From contig CAIUUT010000159.1 of the NCBI GenBank assembly GCA_903902445.1, forward strand, positions 1-41,869: DNA of 41,869 nucleotides, written 5' to 3'. Below are positions 17,088 through 25,587 of this stretch, piece after piece. Below the pieces are notes generated by a model. That model made no database searches. It was not told the origin of the DNA and was given only the letters and a program-made list of their open reading frames with translations. The position numbers were made by a program, and so were the translations under genes. Source of the DNA: an uncultured Candidatus Marinamargulisbacteria bacterium (GTDB lineage Bacteria; Margulisbacteria; Riflemargulisbacteria; GWF2-35-9). Within the stretch, counting starts at the first letter, position 1. Every line of letters starts with the position of its first letter.

Positions 17088-18368
17088 ATGGAATTATTAA
17101 CAAAAAAATTAGAAAATGTTATTGCCACTATGAATCAGAATATTAAAGCTATTTTAGCAGAGCACGGAGAAAAGCAGGTATCTACCGTTAATCTTTCACA
17201 GGTATTTGGTGGATTACGCGGTTCTATTGGTCTATTTTGCGACACCTCTTCTGTAAAGGCTGATGAAGGCCTTTTTGTTAGAGGTCAAGCAATTAACGAC
17301 CTAGTTCATCATCTACCAGAAGAAATATTCTACCTTCTACTTACAGGCACTTTACCAAATAATGAGGAACTAACTGAACTTAGAGATGATATTAATGCCA
17401 ATGCACATCTTCCAGATTATGTTGCACAAACCTTAAAATGCCTGCCTGCAAATTCTCATCCAATGACTATGTTTAATTTAGGTATACTTGCGATGCAAAA
17501 CGAGTCTATTTTTAACAAAAAATATGCAGAAGGCATACCCAAAACAGATTATTGGAAATATGCACTGCAAGACGCTATCAGATTGATGGCGGTTACACCG
17601 TCCATTGCTGCTGCTGTATACAGAATAAAGTTTTGTGGTGGCGAACTTATTCCTTATGACACCAATCTAGACTGGGGAACAAACTACGCTCGCATGCTTG
17701 GTATACCTGATGCAAACAACGATTTTGCAAACCTAATTAAACTGTATTTGGTTCTACACTGTGACCACGAAGGTGGTAACGCTAGTGCCTATACTAACAG
17801 CGTCATTGACTCTACGCTTTCTGATGTATACTACTCTACCAGCGGAGCCTTTAATGCTTTAGCGGGTCCACTCCATGGTCTAGCTAATCAGGAAACCTTA
17901 AACTTCATTTTAGAAATGCAAAAAACAGTTGGCGACAACATAACCGAAGAAACTATTAGCAAATATGCACAAGACACTCTTGCAGCTGGAAGAGTAATTC
18001 CCGGGTTCGGTCATGCGGTACTACGAGTAACTGACCCTCGTTTTAATGCCTTTGAAACGTTTGCTAAGGAGCATTGTCCAGATAGCCCCATGTATCAAAT
18101 GGTCTCCAAGCTTACGGCCGTTGTTCCAAATATATTATTATCCAAAGGAAAGGTTACTTCTCCTTGGCCAAATGTAGATTGCATTTCAGGTTCACTTATT
18201 TATCATTATGGGTTAACCCAGACAAGTTATTACACAGTTTTCTTTGGCGTCTCTAGAGTTATGGGACTTTTAGCTCAGTCTATTTTAAATAGAGGTATTC
18301 GCAACCCCATTACTCGTCCAAAATCCATTGACTTCAAATGGATTAACGACAATATCGTAAATAAATAG
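17088..18368 (+). CDS. gltA: Citrate synthase (mitochondrial/eukaryotic-like type)
   Basis: 426 aa with GGLRG, LHCDHEGGNASA, PLHGLANQE, GFGHAVLRVTDPR and WPNVD motifs. A GGAGG Shine-Dalgarno lies 9 nt upstream. Confidence 0.95.
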   Translation: MELLTKKLENVIATMNQNIKAILAEHGEKQVSTVNLSQVFGGLRGSIGLFCDTSSVKADEGLFVRGQAINDLVHHLPEEIFYLLLTGTLPNNEELTELRDDINANAHLPDYVAQTLKCLPANSHPMTMFNLGILAMQNESIFNKKYAEGIPKTDYWKYALQDAIRLMAVTPSIAAAVYRIKFCGGELIPYDTNLDWGTNYARMLGIPDANNDFANLIKLYLVLHCDHEGGNASAYTNSVIDSTLSDVYYSTSGAFNALAGPLHGLANQETLNFILEMQKTVGDNITEETISKYAQDTLAAGRVIPGFGHAVLRVTDPRFNAFETFAKEHCPDSPMYQMVSKLTAVVPNILLSKGKVTSPWPNVDCISGSLIYHYGLTQTSYYTVFFGVSRVMGLLAQSILNRGIRNPITRPKSIDFKWINDNIVNK

Positions 18369-18392
18369 TTCTTAGGGGAAATATTAGCAGAT

Positions 18393-18427
18393 AAAAAAAG
18401 CAAGTCATAATGACTTGCTTTTTTTTT
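18393..18427. terminator. Bidirectional intrinsic terminator
   Basis: A7-GCAAGTCA-taa-TGACTTGC-T9. It sits between the convergent citrate synthase gene and the small membrane-protein gene. Confidence 0.75.
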
Positions 18428-18722
18428 ACTTCTTTAAATTTTCTTTAACTGGAATAACTGTATTTGATTGAGAAACTGGACATTGCTTCATTTCGAACTT
18501 ACAAGGCATTCCTTCACACTTCATACCATGCATTCCTCGATGACCTTGACATCTAATGCCTCCTGCGACTAAGGCGATAAGCACTGCTAAAGCCATTAAA
18601 GCAGCAATCACTAATCCTACATTTTTTTTAGCACCTGTTTCTTTAGAGGCTATTATCCAAATAACATAAGCAAATCCGGACAAACCTAACAGTGGAACAA
18701 GAATTAAACCGTGAACTCCCAT
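18426..18722 (-). CDS. Hypothetical small membrane protein with Cys/His/Met-rich C-terminal tail
   Basis: 98 aa with two predicted TM helices, then CQGHRGMHGMKCEGMPCKFEMKQCP. A good AGGAAG Shine-Dalgarno lies 9 nt upstream. The gene has its own promoter-like element and terminator. No family recognised. Confidence 0.6.
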   Translation of the reverse strand: MGVHGLILVPLLGLSGFAYVIWIIASKETGAKKNVGLVIAALMALAVLIALVAGGIRCQGHRGMHGMKCEGMPCKFEMKQCPVSQSNTVIPVKENLKK

Positions 18723-18755
18723 TACAAATCACTTCCTTTCTTTTGCACAATATAT

Positions 18756-18783
18756 ATTATACTACCCAAAACTAGAATAACAA
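18756..18783 (-). promoter_or_regulatory. Candidate promoter of the small membrane-protein gene
   Basis: On the minus strand: TTGTTA (18783-18778), a 16-nt spacer, then TATAAT (18761-18756). Confidence 0.4.
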
Positions 18784-18869
18784 GAATATGAAATAGTGAT
18801 TGGTAAAATTAAATGGATAAAAATATATTTAATACAAATGAGGACTCTTCACCACTCACTATTCACTAA

Positions 18870-19418
18870 TTATATTTTATATTTAGCAATACCTTCTTCG
18901 TACATATCGCGACCATAGACATCGTTTACTACCGTTACAGGGAAATCCTTAACTTCCAACTGGTAAATTGCCTCAGGTCCAAGCTCTGGGTATGCCAAAA
19001 CCTTAGCTGAAATAATAGACTGGGAAATAAGTGCAGCGGCACCTCCAACGGCTGCAAAATAAACAGCTTGATGGGCTTGGATTGATTTCCGAACCGACTC
19101 ATTACGTTTACCCTTACCAATCATACCCTTTAAGCCATGTTCCATTAATAAAGGGGCATATTCATCCATACGCGTGCTGGTTGTTGGGCCCGCTGAGCCT
19201 ATGACCTGTCCAGGCCGGGCTGGAGTAGGACCTACATAGTAAATTATTTGTCCTTGTAGGTTAAAAGGAATTTCTTCACCCTTTTTAATAGAATCTGTAA
19301 GTCTTTTATGAGCCGAATCTCTGGCAGTGTAAATGATACCCGAAAGTAACACTTGTTCACCACAGTTCAATGTGGAAATAACTTCCGTTGTTAAAGGTGT
19401 CGTAATCCTTTTCATCAT
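18870..19418 (-). CDS. fumB: Class I (Fe-S) fumarate hydratase, beta subunit (C-terminal domain type)
   Basis: 182 aa resembling the TtdB/FumA C-terminal domain (GPTTSTRMD, GKGKR). Overlaps the upstream alpha subunit by 1 nt. Confidence 0.85.
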   Translation of the reverse strand: MMKRITTPLTTEVISTLNCGEQVLLSGIIYTARDSAHKRLTDSIKKGEEIPFNLQGQIIYYVGPTPARPGQVIGSAGPTTSTRMDEYAPLLMEHGLKGMIGKGKRNESVRKSIQAHQAVYFAAVGGAAALISQSIISAKVLAYPELGPEAIYQLEVKDFPVTVVNDVYGRDMYEEGIAKYKI

Positions 19419-20257
19419 TATATTTCATGCTCCAAATGTCTAGCACAATGACACTGCATGTTTACAGCCACAGGCAAAGAAGCTATATGACAAGGGAAAA
19501 CATTAATTAGAACTCTTAAGGCCGTTGTTCTTCCACCTAAGCCCATGGGACCAATGCCCAACGCGTTTATGCGCTCCAAAAGCTCTTGTTCCATATTTGC
19601 ATAATAGGGGTCAGAATGGACTATATCAAATGGACGCAACAAAGCTTCTTTAGCTAAATAAGCAGCCTTTTCAAAGGTACCACCAATACCCACACCCACG
19701 ATTACTGGTGGACACGGATTTGGACCTGCTTGTTTCACTGTATCAATAATAAATTCTTTAACAGCCTCTTCACCTGCATACGGCATAAGAAGCTTTAAGG
19801 TGGACATATTTTCTGTTCCGCCACCCTTTGGAGCAAAAGTAACTTTTAGTTTTTCACCAGCTACAGATTTTAGGTAAATAATTGCAGGAGTATTATCATT
19901 TGTATTCACTCGTTTAAGAGGGTCTCTTACCATGGACTTACGCAAATATCCCTGAGTATACCCGTCTCTCACACCTTCATTTATAGCCTCTTCTAAATCG
20001 AAATTTAAATGGACATCACGCCCTAACTCCACAAAAAAAACTGCGGCGCCAGTATCCTGACATAAAGGCATGTGCTGCTCTCTAGCGATATCGATATTAC
20101 GACTTATTTGAGTTAATACATCTCTACCACAGGCAGAAACTTCGTTATCCTTAGCATGGTTGATGGCCTTAGCAACGTCTAAGGGTAAATTAGTATTAGC
20201 CTCAAGGCACAATCTACTTATTGTTGAAACTACTATTTCTTTATCTAACTCTCTCAT
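19418..20257 (-). CDS. fumA: Class I (Fe-S) fumarate hydratase, alpha subunit (N-terminal domain type)
   Basis: 279 aa with PLCQDTG, APKGGGTEN and conserved Cys residues. Its TCA context favours fumarase over tartrate dehydratase. Confidence 0.85.
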   Translation of the reverse strand: MRELDKEIVVSTISRLCLEANTNLPLDVAKAINHAKDNEVSACGRDVLTQISRNIDIAREQHMPLCQDTGAAVFFVELGRDVHLNFDLEEAINEGVRDGYTQGYLRKSMVRDPLKRVNTNDNTPAIIYLKSVAGEKLKVTFAPKGGGTENMSTLKLLMPYAGEEAVKEFIIDTVKQAGPNPCPPVIVGVGIGGTFEKAAYLAKEALLRPFDIVHSDPYYANMEQELLERINALGIGPMGLGGRTTALRVLINVFPCHIASLPVAVNMQCHCARHLEHEI

Positions 20258-20310
20258 TATTTATATCCATTTCTTATGCAAATCAAACCTAATGTCCAAG
20301 ATAAATAATA

Positions 20311-21237
20311 TTAACCAAAAATTAGCTTAATATTTTCTTTGATAATTTCAGAGGAAGCCACAAGTTGATTTTTATCATCACTATTTAAGGGCAACTCTAT
20401 TATTCTCTCCACACCATTAGCACCAATTACCGCTGGCACACCTACATAAGCATCGTGGATTCCATATTGTCCAGTTAATAAAGCAGCTACAGGCAGTAAT
20501 CGTTTTTGATCTTTTAATACAGCCTCTACCATTTGCACTGCCGCTGCAGAAGGCGCATAATAGGCTGAACCAGTTTTTAATAACCCCACTATCTCACCGC
20601 CACCTTTTCTGGTTCTAAGCACGATCTCTTGTATTTTGGCTTCGTCCAATAAGTTTCTAACTGGTATACCAGAGACCGTTGTATAGTCCACTAAAGGAAC
20701 CATCTCATCACCATGTCCACCAAGAACCATAGCTTGAATATCATTGACACAAACACCTAGCTCTAACGCTAAAAAAGTACGATACCTAGCTGTATCCAAA
20801 ACTCCTGCCATACCGAAAACCTTATTAGCGGCAAAGCCTGAAATCTTAAAAGCAGTATAGGTCATAACGTCTAAGGGATTAGTAACCATAATAATCATGG
20901 CCTCTGGGGCGTATTGTTTTATATTTTCAGCCACGCCTGATATTATTTTAGCGTTGGTTTGCACCAAATCTTCCCTTGTCATGCCGGGCTTACGAGCTAA
21001 GCCAGCGGTAACCACAACTATAGAAGAACCAGCAATTTCACTAAAATCATTGGTTCCCTTGATGTAGGAACTAAATCCTTCCACTGGACCGGATTGCAAC
21101 ATATCGAGTCCTTTACCCTGTGGAACACCTTCCACAATATCAACCAAAACCACATCGGCTAACTCTTTCTCTACAATTCTTTGAGCTACAGTTGACCCAA
21201 CAAAACCAGACCCGATTACTGCTACTTTATTATGCAT
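20311..21237 (-). CDS. mdh: Malate dehydrogenase (LDH-like family)
   Basis: 308 aa with VIGSGFVGS (NAD fold). AGLARKPGMTREDL carries the Arg that specifies oxaloacetate/malate. GGHGDEMVP is also present. Confidence 0.95.
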   Translation of the reverse strand: MHNKVAVIGSGFVGSTVAQRIVEKELADVVLVDIVEGVPQGKGLDMLQSGPVEGFSSYIKGTNDFSEIAGSSIVVVTAGLARKPGMTREDLVQTNAKIISGVAENIKQYAPEAMIIMVTNPLDVMTYTAFKISGFAANKVFGMAGVLDTARYRTFLALELGVCVNDIQAMVLGGHGDEMVPLVDYTTVSGIPVRNLLDEAKIQEIVLRTRKGGGEIVGLLKTGSAYYAPSAAAVQMVEAVLKDQKRLLPVAALLTGQYGIHDAYVGVPAVIGANGVERIIELPLNSDDKNQLVASSEIIKENIKLIFG

Positions 21238-21274
21238 AAAATCCTCCCAAAATTAAATATTTTCGCTCTAAGCA

Positions 21275-23209
21275 TTAGGCATTAGCAAAATTCAACATTC
21301 CTCCCGCAAAAAGAATAGACTTCTGTCGCGGGGTTAGCTCATAATTAAGCTGATATTCCTCACCTTTCGTTACGTTTAACAAGATTAAAGGTTGGCTAGA
21401 CTTAATTAAATCCTTCACCGCGCCTATTTCCACTTCGTTACCCTGCTCTATTCTATCAAAATCAGAGGGATTAACAAAGGTTAATGGCAGTATACCAAAA
21501 TTAATCAAATTAGCCTTATGGATACGTTCCATAGATTTCACCACAATAACCTTCACCCCAAGATACATAGGACATAAAGCGGCATGTTCTCTGCTTGACC
21601 CCTGACCATAACTCTCGCCGCCTACTACAATGTTGGCCATTTTCTTGGCCTGATTCTCTAAACAGCGCAAAGCAAACTTACTATCAACTCCATAAAAAAC
21701 ATACTTAGAGTACTCTGGCACATTGGAACGATACTTTAAATATGAGCCAGCAGGCATAATATGGTCAGTCGTTATTTTATCACCTACCTTCAAGGTGATG
21801 ATTCCACCTATATTTTCCCCCATGATCTCACCCTTTGGGGGGTCGCCTATATTTGGGCCTCTTCTAATACTTACCTTAACTTCTTCTATCTTGGGCGGAA
21901 TAATTAAGTTATCATTAATTAAAAATAACTCGGGCACCTTCACCTCTAAGGGATTAACCTTAAAATATTCTCTTGGGTCAATGAGGGCTCCATTTAAGGC
22001 AGCAGCCACACAAACTTCAGGGCTAGCTAAATATATGCCAGCAGAAGCGGTACCACTTCTACCAAAAAAATTACGATTATTGGAACGAATACTAACCGCT
22101 TTGTCGCCAGGAGATTGCCCGTTACCGATACAGAAACCACAAGTTGACTCTAAAATTCTAGCTCCGGAAGCAATAATATCTTGCAAATAGCCATCTCTGG
22201 CTATCATTTCAAATACTTGCTTAGAACCAGGCGCTACGCCAAATGAAACATCAGGATGAATGGTTTTGCCTTTCAATAACTGGGCTACAGTAACTAAATC
22301 TTGGTAGGAGGAGTTCGTACAGCTACCAACAAGAACCTGATTTACCTTTAAATCATTTAACTCTTGAACCGTAACCACATTATCAGGAGAATGAGGTTTA
22401 GCAATTAAGGGTACAAGTTCTGAAAGGTTAATTTCAATAACCTTATGATAGGTTGCATCTTCGTCTGCCACTAGCTCTTTCCACTGTTCCAATCGATTCT
22501 GAGCTTGAAAAAAGGTTCTCGTATTTTCATCGGAAGGAAATATAGAGGTTGTCACCCCTAACTCGGCACCCATATTGGTGATCGTGGCACGCTGGGGTAT
22601 GGATAACTGCCCCAAGCCCTCTCCAGCAAACTCCAAAATACAACCCACATTTCCTTTGGTGCTTAATATGGACAATAATTTTAAAATGATATCTTTCGCC
22701 GTTACAAAGGGAGAAAGACTTCCTCTAAGCATCACTTTAATCACTTTAGGTGACGGCAAATAAAACAAGCCTCCAGCCATCGCTACAGCAATATCGAGAC
22801 CGCCAGCGCCAATTGCCAGCATTCCTAAACCACCACATGTGGGAGTATGAGAATCTGAGCCTAATAAAGTCTTTCCAGGCCTACCAAAACGCTCAAGATG
22901 CACTTGGTGGCATATACCATTACCAGCTTTTGAAAAATATAATCCATACATAGCGGCTACATCCTGCAAATATTGATGATCATCCGCATTTTCAAAACCA
23001 GTTTGCAACGTATTATGATCTACATAACTAACCGACAGCTCTGTCCGAATTTTAGGCACTCCCATTGCCTCAAACTGCAAATAAGCCATAGTTCCCGTAG
23101 CATCTTGAGTTAGCGTTTGATCAATCCTAATGCCAATCTCTGAACTTTCACCAATCACCCCATCTTCTATATGATTTAGTAAAATCTTTTCTACAACATT
23201 ATACCCCAT
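21275..23209 (-). CDS. acn: Aconitate hydratase (short ~640-aa form)
   Basis: 644 aa with Fe-S ligand regions (GSDSHT, GSCTNSS, CGFCIGNG) and a C-terminal swivel domain (YGQGSSREHAA). Confidence 0.9.
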   Translation of the reverse strand: MGYNVVEKILLNHIEDGVIGESSEIGIRIDQTLTQDATGTMAYLQFEAMGVPKIRTELSVSYVDHNTLQTGFENADDHQYLQDVAAMYGLYFSKAGNGICHQVHLERFGRPGKTLLGSDSHTPTCGGLGMLAIGAGGLDIAVAMAGGLFYLPSPKVIKVMLRGSLSPFVTAKDIILKLLSILSTKGNVGCILEFAGEGLGQLSIPQRATITNMGAELGVTTSIFPSDENTRTFFQAQNRLEQWKELVADEDATYHKVIEINLSELVPLIAKPHSPDNVVTVQELNDLKVNQVLVGSCTNSSYQDLVTVAQLLKGKTIHPDVSFGVAPGSKQVFEMIARDGYLQDIIASGARILESTCGFCIGNGQSPGDKAVSIRSNNRNFFGRSGTASAGIYLASPEVCVAAALNGALIDPREYFKVNPLEVKVPELFLINDNLIIPPKIEEVKVSIRRGPNIGDPPKGEIMGENIGGIITLKVGDKITTDHIMPAGSYLKYRSNVPEYSKYVFYGVDSKFALRCLENQAKKMANIVVGGESYGQGSSREHAALCPMYLGVKVIVVKSMERIHKANLINFGILPLTFVNPSDFDRIEQGNEVEIGAVKDLIKSSQPLILLNVTKGEEYQLNYELTPRQKSILFAGGMLNFANA

Positions 23210-23310
23210 TAAGAATCTCCTCTATTTATTGAATTAAACTAATTATATGCTAGGAAATATAAATATAAAAGAAAAGATATATTCAATAATTATATTGTAT
23301 TTATTGTAAG

Positions 23311-24354
23311 TTAGATGCGCTTAGAGTGGCCTGCATCATTGCCAACTTTGCGGCCGAGTCGGTTGATTCTACCTAAAATACAAAAGGCACAATCATCACC
23401 ATCTTCGTCTAAACAAGGCTTCCCAGGATAGAGCTGGTAATATTGCCTAAAAGGTTGAGGCGTCATATTTGGCATAAAAACATTTGCCCCTCTAGCCAGC
23501 AATAAATCTCGCCCTTCAGGGAGTAGCGCATCAAAAGCGGTGGTAGCAGGAATATGTGCCTTTGGATTTAATAAACGTAAAATCGCAATAACCCTAAAAT
23601 ACAATTCTCTATTATAGGCCAATGGCGCACCCTTAAAAGGAGTAGATTCATGAGCTATAAAGGGTCCCACCCCTATCATGTCCAATTCCAAAGAAGTTGC
23701 AAAAAGAATATCTGCAGACAATTGTGCAAGGGTTTCCTTAGGGAGCCCAATTAAAAATCCAGACCCCGTTTGCACCCCTAGCATTTTTAAGTTAGCAAGA
23801 CACCTCAATCGGTAATCTAAATCATCATCAGGATGACAAACTGCAAATAAATCTGGCGAACTCGTTTCAAAACGTAGTAAATAGCGATCCATTCCCTTAG
23901 CTTTCCAGTAGGCATATGTTTCGATATCCCGCTCTCCAGAAGAAACGGTTATTGCCAAAGAAGTTTCACTTCGAATGGCAGATATTATATCGCCCATTTT
24001 TTCTTTAGTATAATAACTGTCTTCTCCTGACTGCAAAACAACAGTTGTCTGCTTAACTGTCTCCATTTTTTTACAAACAGTCAAAATATCTTCCAAGGTT
24101 AATCGATAACGAGTGACCTGTTTATTACTTCTGCGAATTCCGCAATAATTACAATCCTTCACACAGTAATTTGAAAATTCAACGATACCTCTTAAATATA
24201 TTTCATCACCCATTTTCTCTTTGCGCATTAAATCCGCTTGTTTATAGAGATAGTCAGTCTCCTCTTTATCAGCCATGAGTATCTTTATGACTTCATCAAC
24301 GGTGAGTGTGTGATAAATGTAGGCTTTTTCGATGAGATTAGTTACGGTTTCCAA
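23311..24354 (-). CDS. hydE: [FeFe]-hydrogenase H-cluster radical-SAM maturase HydE
   Basis: 347 aa with CVKDCNYCGIR (CX3CX2C). Colinear with my recollection of T. maritima HydE. A TTG start lies directly after the hydF stop. Confidence 0.9.
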   Translation of the reverse strand: METVTNLIEKAYIYHTLTVDEVIKILMADKEETDYLYKQADLMRKEKMGDEIYLRGIVEFSNYCVKDCNYCGIRRSNKQVTRYRLTLEDILTVCKKMETVKQTTVVLQSGEDSYYTKEKMGDIISAIRSETSLAITVSSGERDIETYAYWKAKGMDRYLLRFETSSPDLFAVCHPDDDLDYRLRCLANLKMLGVQTGSGFLIGLPKETLAQLSADILFATSLELDMIGVGPFIAHESTPFKGAPLAYNRELYFRVIAILRLLNPKAHIPATTAFDALLPEGRDLLLARGANVFMPNMTPQPFRQYYQLYPGKPCLDEDGDDCAFCILGRINRLGRKVGNDAGHSKRI

Positions 24355-25587
24355 TTATCTAACTCCCGGTACTGTGTTAATGGTTCCCTTTAATAATTCC
24401 TGGGACGACACATCGGGGAACAATTGTAAGGCTCTCGGCAAAATACCATGTAAGTAAGCAATAGTAATCCCATAGTTCGTAATGGCCACATTCTGACTCT
24501 GAGCTTGACGTATACGTGATAATATCAACGCTCTATTGACCATACATCCACCACATTGAATAATTAATTTATATGATGACAAATCCTCAGGGATGTCCTT
24601 GCCAGCTTGAACATCAAATTGAAGATTTTTACCTGTATACTGGCTTAACCACCTGGGAATCTTAACTCTTCCAATATCTTCTGTAATTGGTCTATGGGCA
24701 CACAATTCAGCGATCAATATTTTATCTCCATCTTGCAACAGCGGAATAGTCATCACACCATCAACATAAGCTCGCAGATCACCTTTACTTCTAGCGAGTA
24801 ATATAGAAAAAGATGTTAGAGGTATACTAATAGGAGTGTCCGCGTTTACCTTCATGAAAACCTGACTATCGGTAATGACTAATTTTGGGATTTCTTTAAG
24901 TTGATAATTCAAAGCATAACTTAATTCTTGCTCCTTCACTACTATTGCGGTTATATCATGATCCAGTAATTCACGAAGCACTTGGACTTGGGGAAGAATA
25001 AGACGTCCCTGAGGTGCTTCCTTATCGATGGGCACAACTAAAACGACAACAGCTGGTGGTGTAACTAAATCAGCCACTAATAAGGGATCTTTAGCTAAAG
25101 ACTGGAGCGTTGATACTAATTTATCCTTAAGCATATCGATTCCCATCCCTGTCTTACATGAAATAGGGATTATCTGACTATCCATATATTTTTTGTCAAA
25201 CATATCACATTTATTACGCACAATTATTATGGGTACAGCTCTCTGTTTTAAAGTTTGTATCAACACATTTTCTTGCTCGGAAAACATATCATCTTGCTTT
25301 ATAAGTAATACTAGATCGGCTTGGTTTAGACGTTGATTTGTCCGCTCTATTCTCTGCGCTCCTAACTCACCAACATCATCCATACCAGCAGTATCTATAA
25401 GCACCACAGGTCCATACGGCTGTAACTCAAAAGCCTTTTCAACTGGATCAGTTGTTGTACCTGGCACATCTGAAACAATACTGAGCTTCTGGTCAGTTAA
25501 AGCATTTATTAAAGAGGATTTCCCTACATTCCTGTTTCCAATTAAAACTATATGTGGCCGCATTCCTTTTGGAGTTAATTCAGTCAT
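24355..25587 (-). CDS. hydF: [FeFe]-hydrogenase maturation GTPase/scaffold HydF
   Basis: 410 aa with the P-loop GNRNVGKSS and DTAG. The C-terminal cluster motif is CAH...QCGGC. Confidence 0.9.
   Translation of the reverse strand: MTELTPKGMRPHIVLIGNRNVGKSSLINALTDQKLSIVSDVPGTTTDPVEKAFELQPYGPVVLIDTAGMDDVGELGAQRIERTNQRLNQADLVLLIKQDDMFSEQENVLIQTLKQRAVPIIIVRNKCDMFDKKYMDSQIIPISCKTGMGIDMLKDKLVSTLQSLAKDPLLVADLVTPPAVVVLVVPIDKEAPQGRLILPQVQVLRELLDHDITAIVVKEQELSYALNYQLKEIPKLVITDSQVFMKVNADTPISIPLTSFSILLARSKGDLRAYVDGVMTIPLLQDGDKILIAELCAHRPITEDIGRVKIPRWLSQYTGKNLQFDVQAGKDIPEDLSSYKLIIQCGGCMVNRALILSRIRQAQSQNVAITNYGITIAYLHGILPRALQLFPDVSSQELLKGTINTVPGVR

Noticed and set aside
16897-17103. 68-aa minus-strand ORF in the citrate synthase / gamma-CA divergent region.
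   Set aside because: It has a low-complexity Phe/Leu/Tyr-rich translation of AT-rich promoter DNA. It overlaps the citrate synthase start and RBS.
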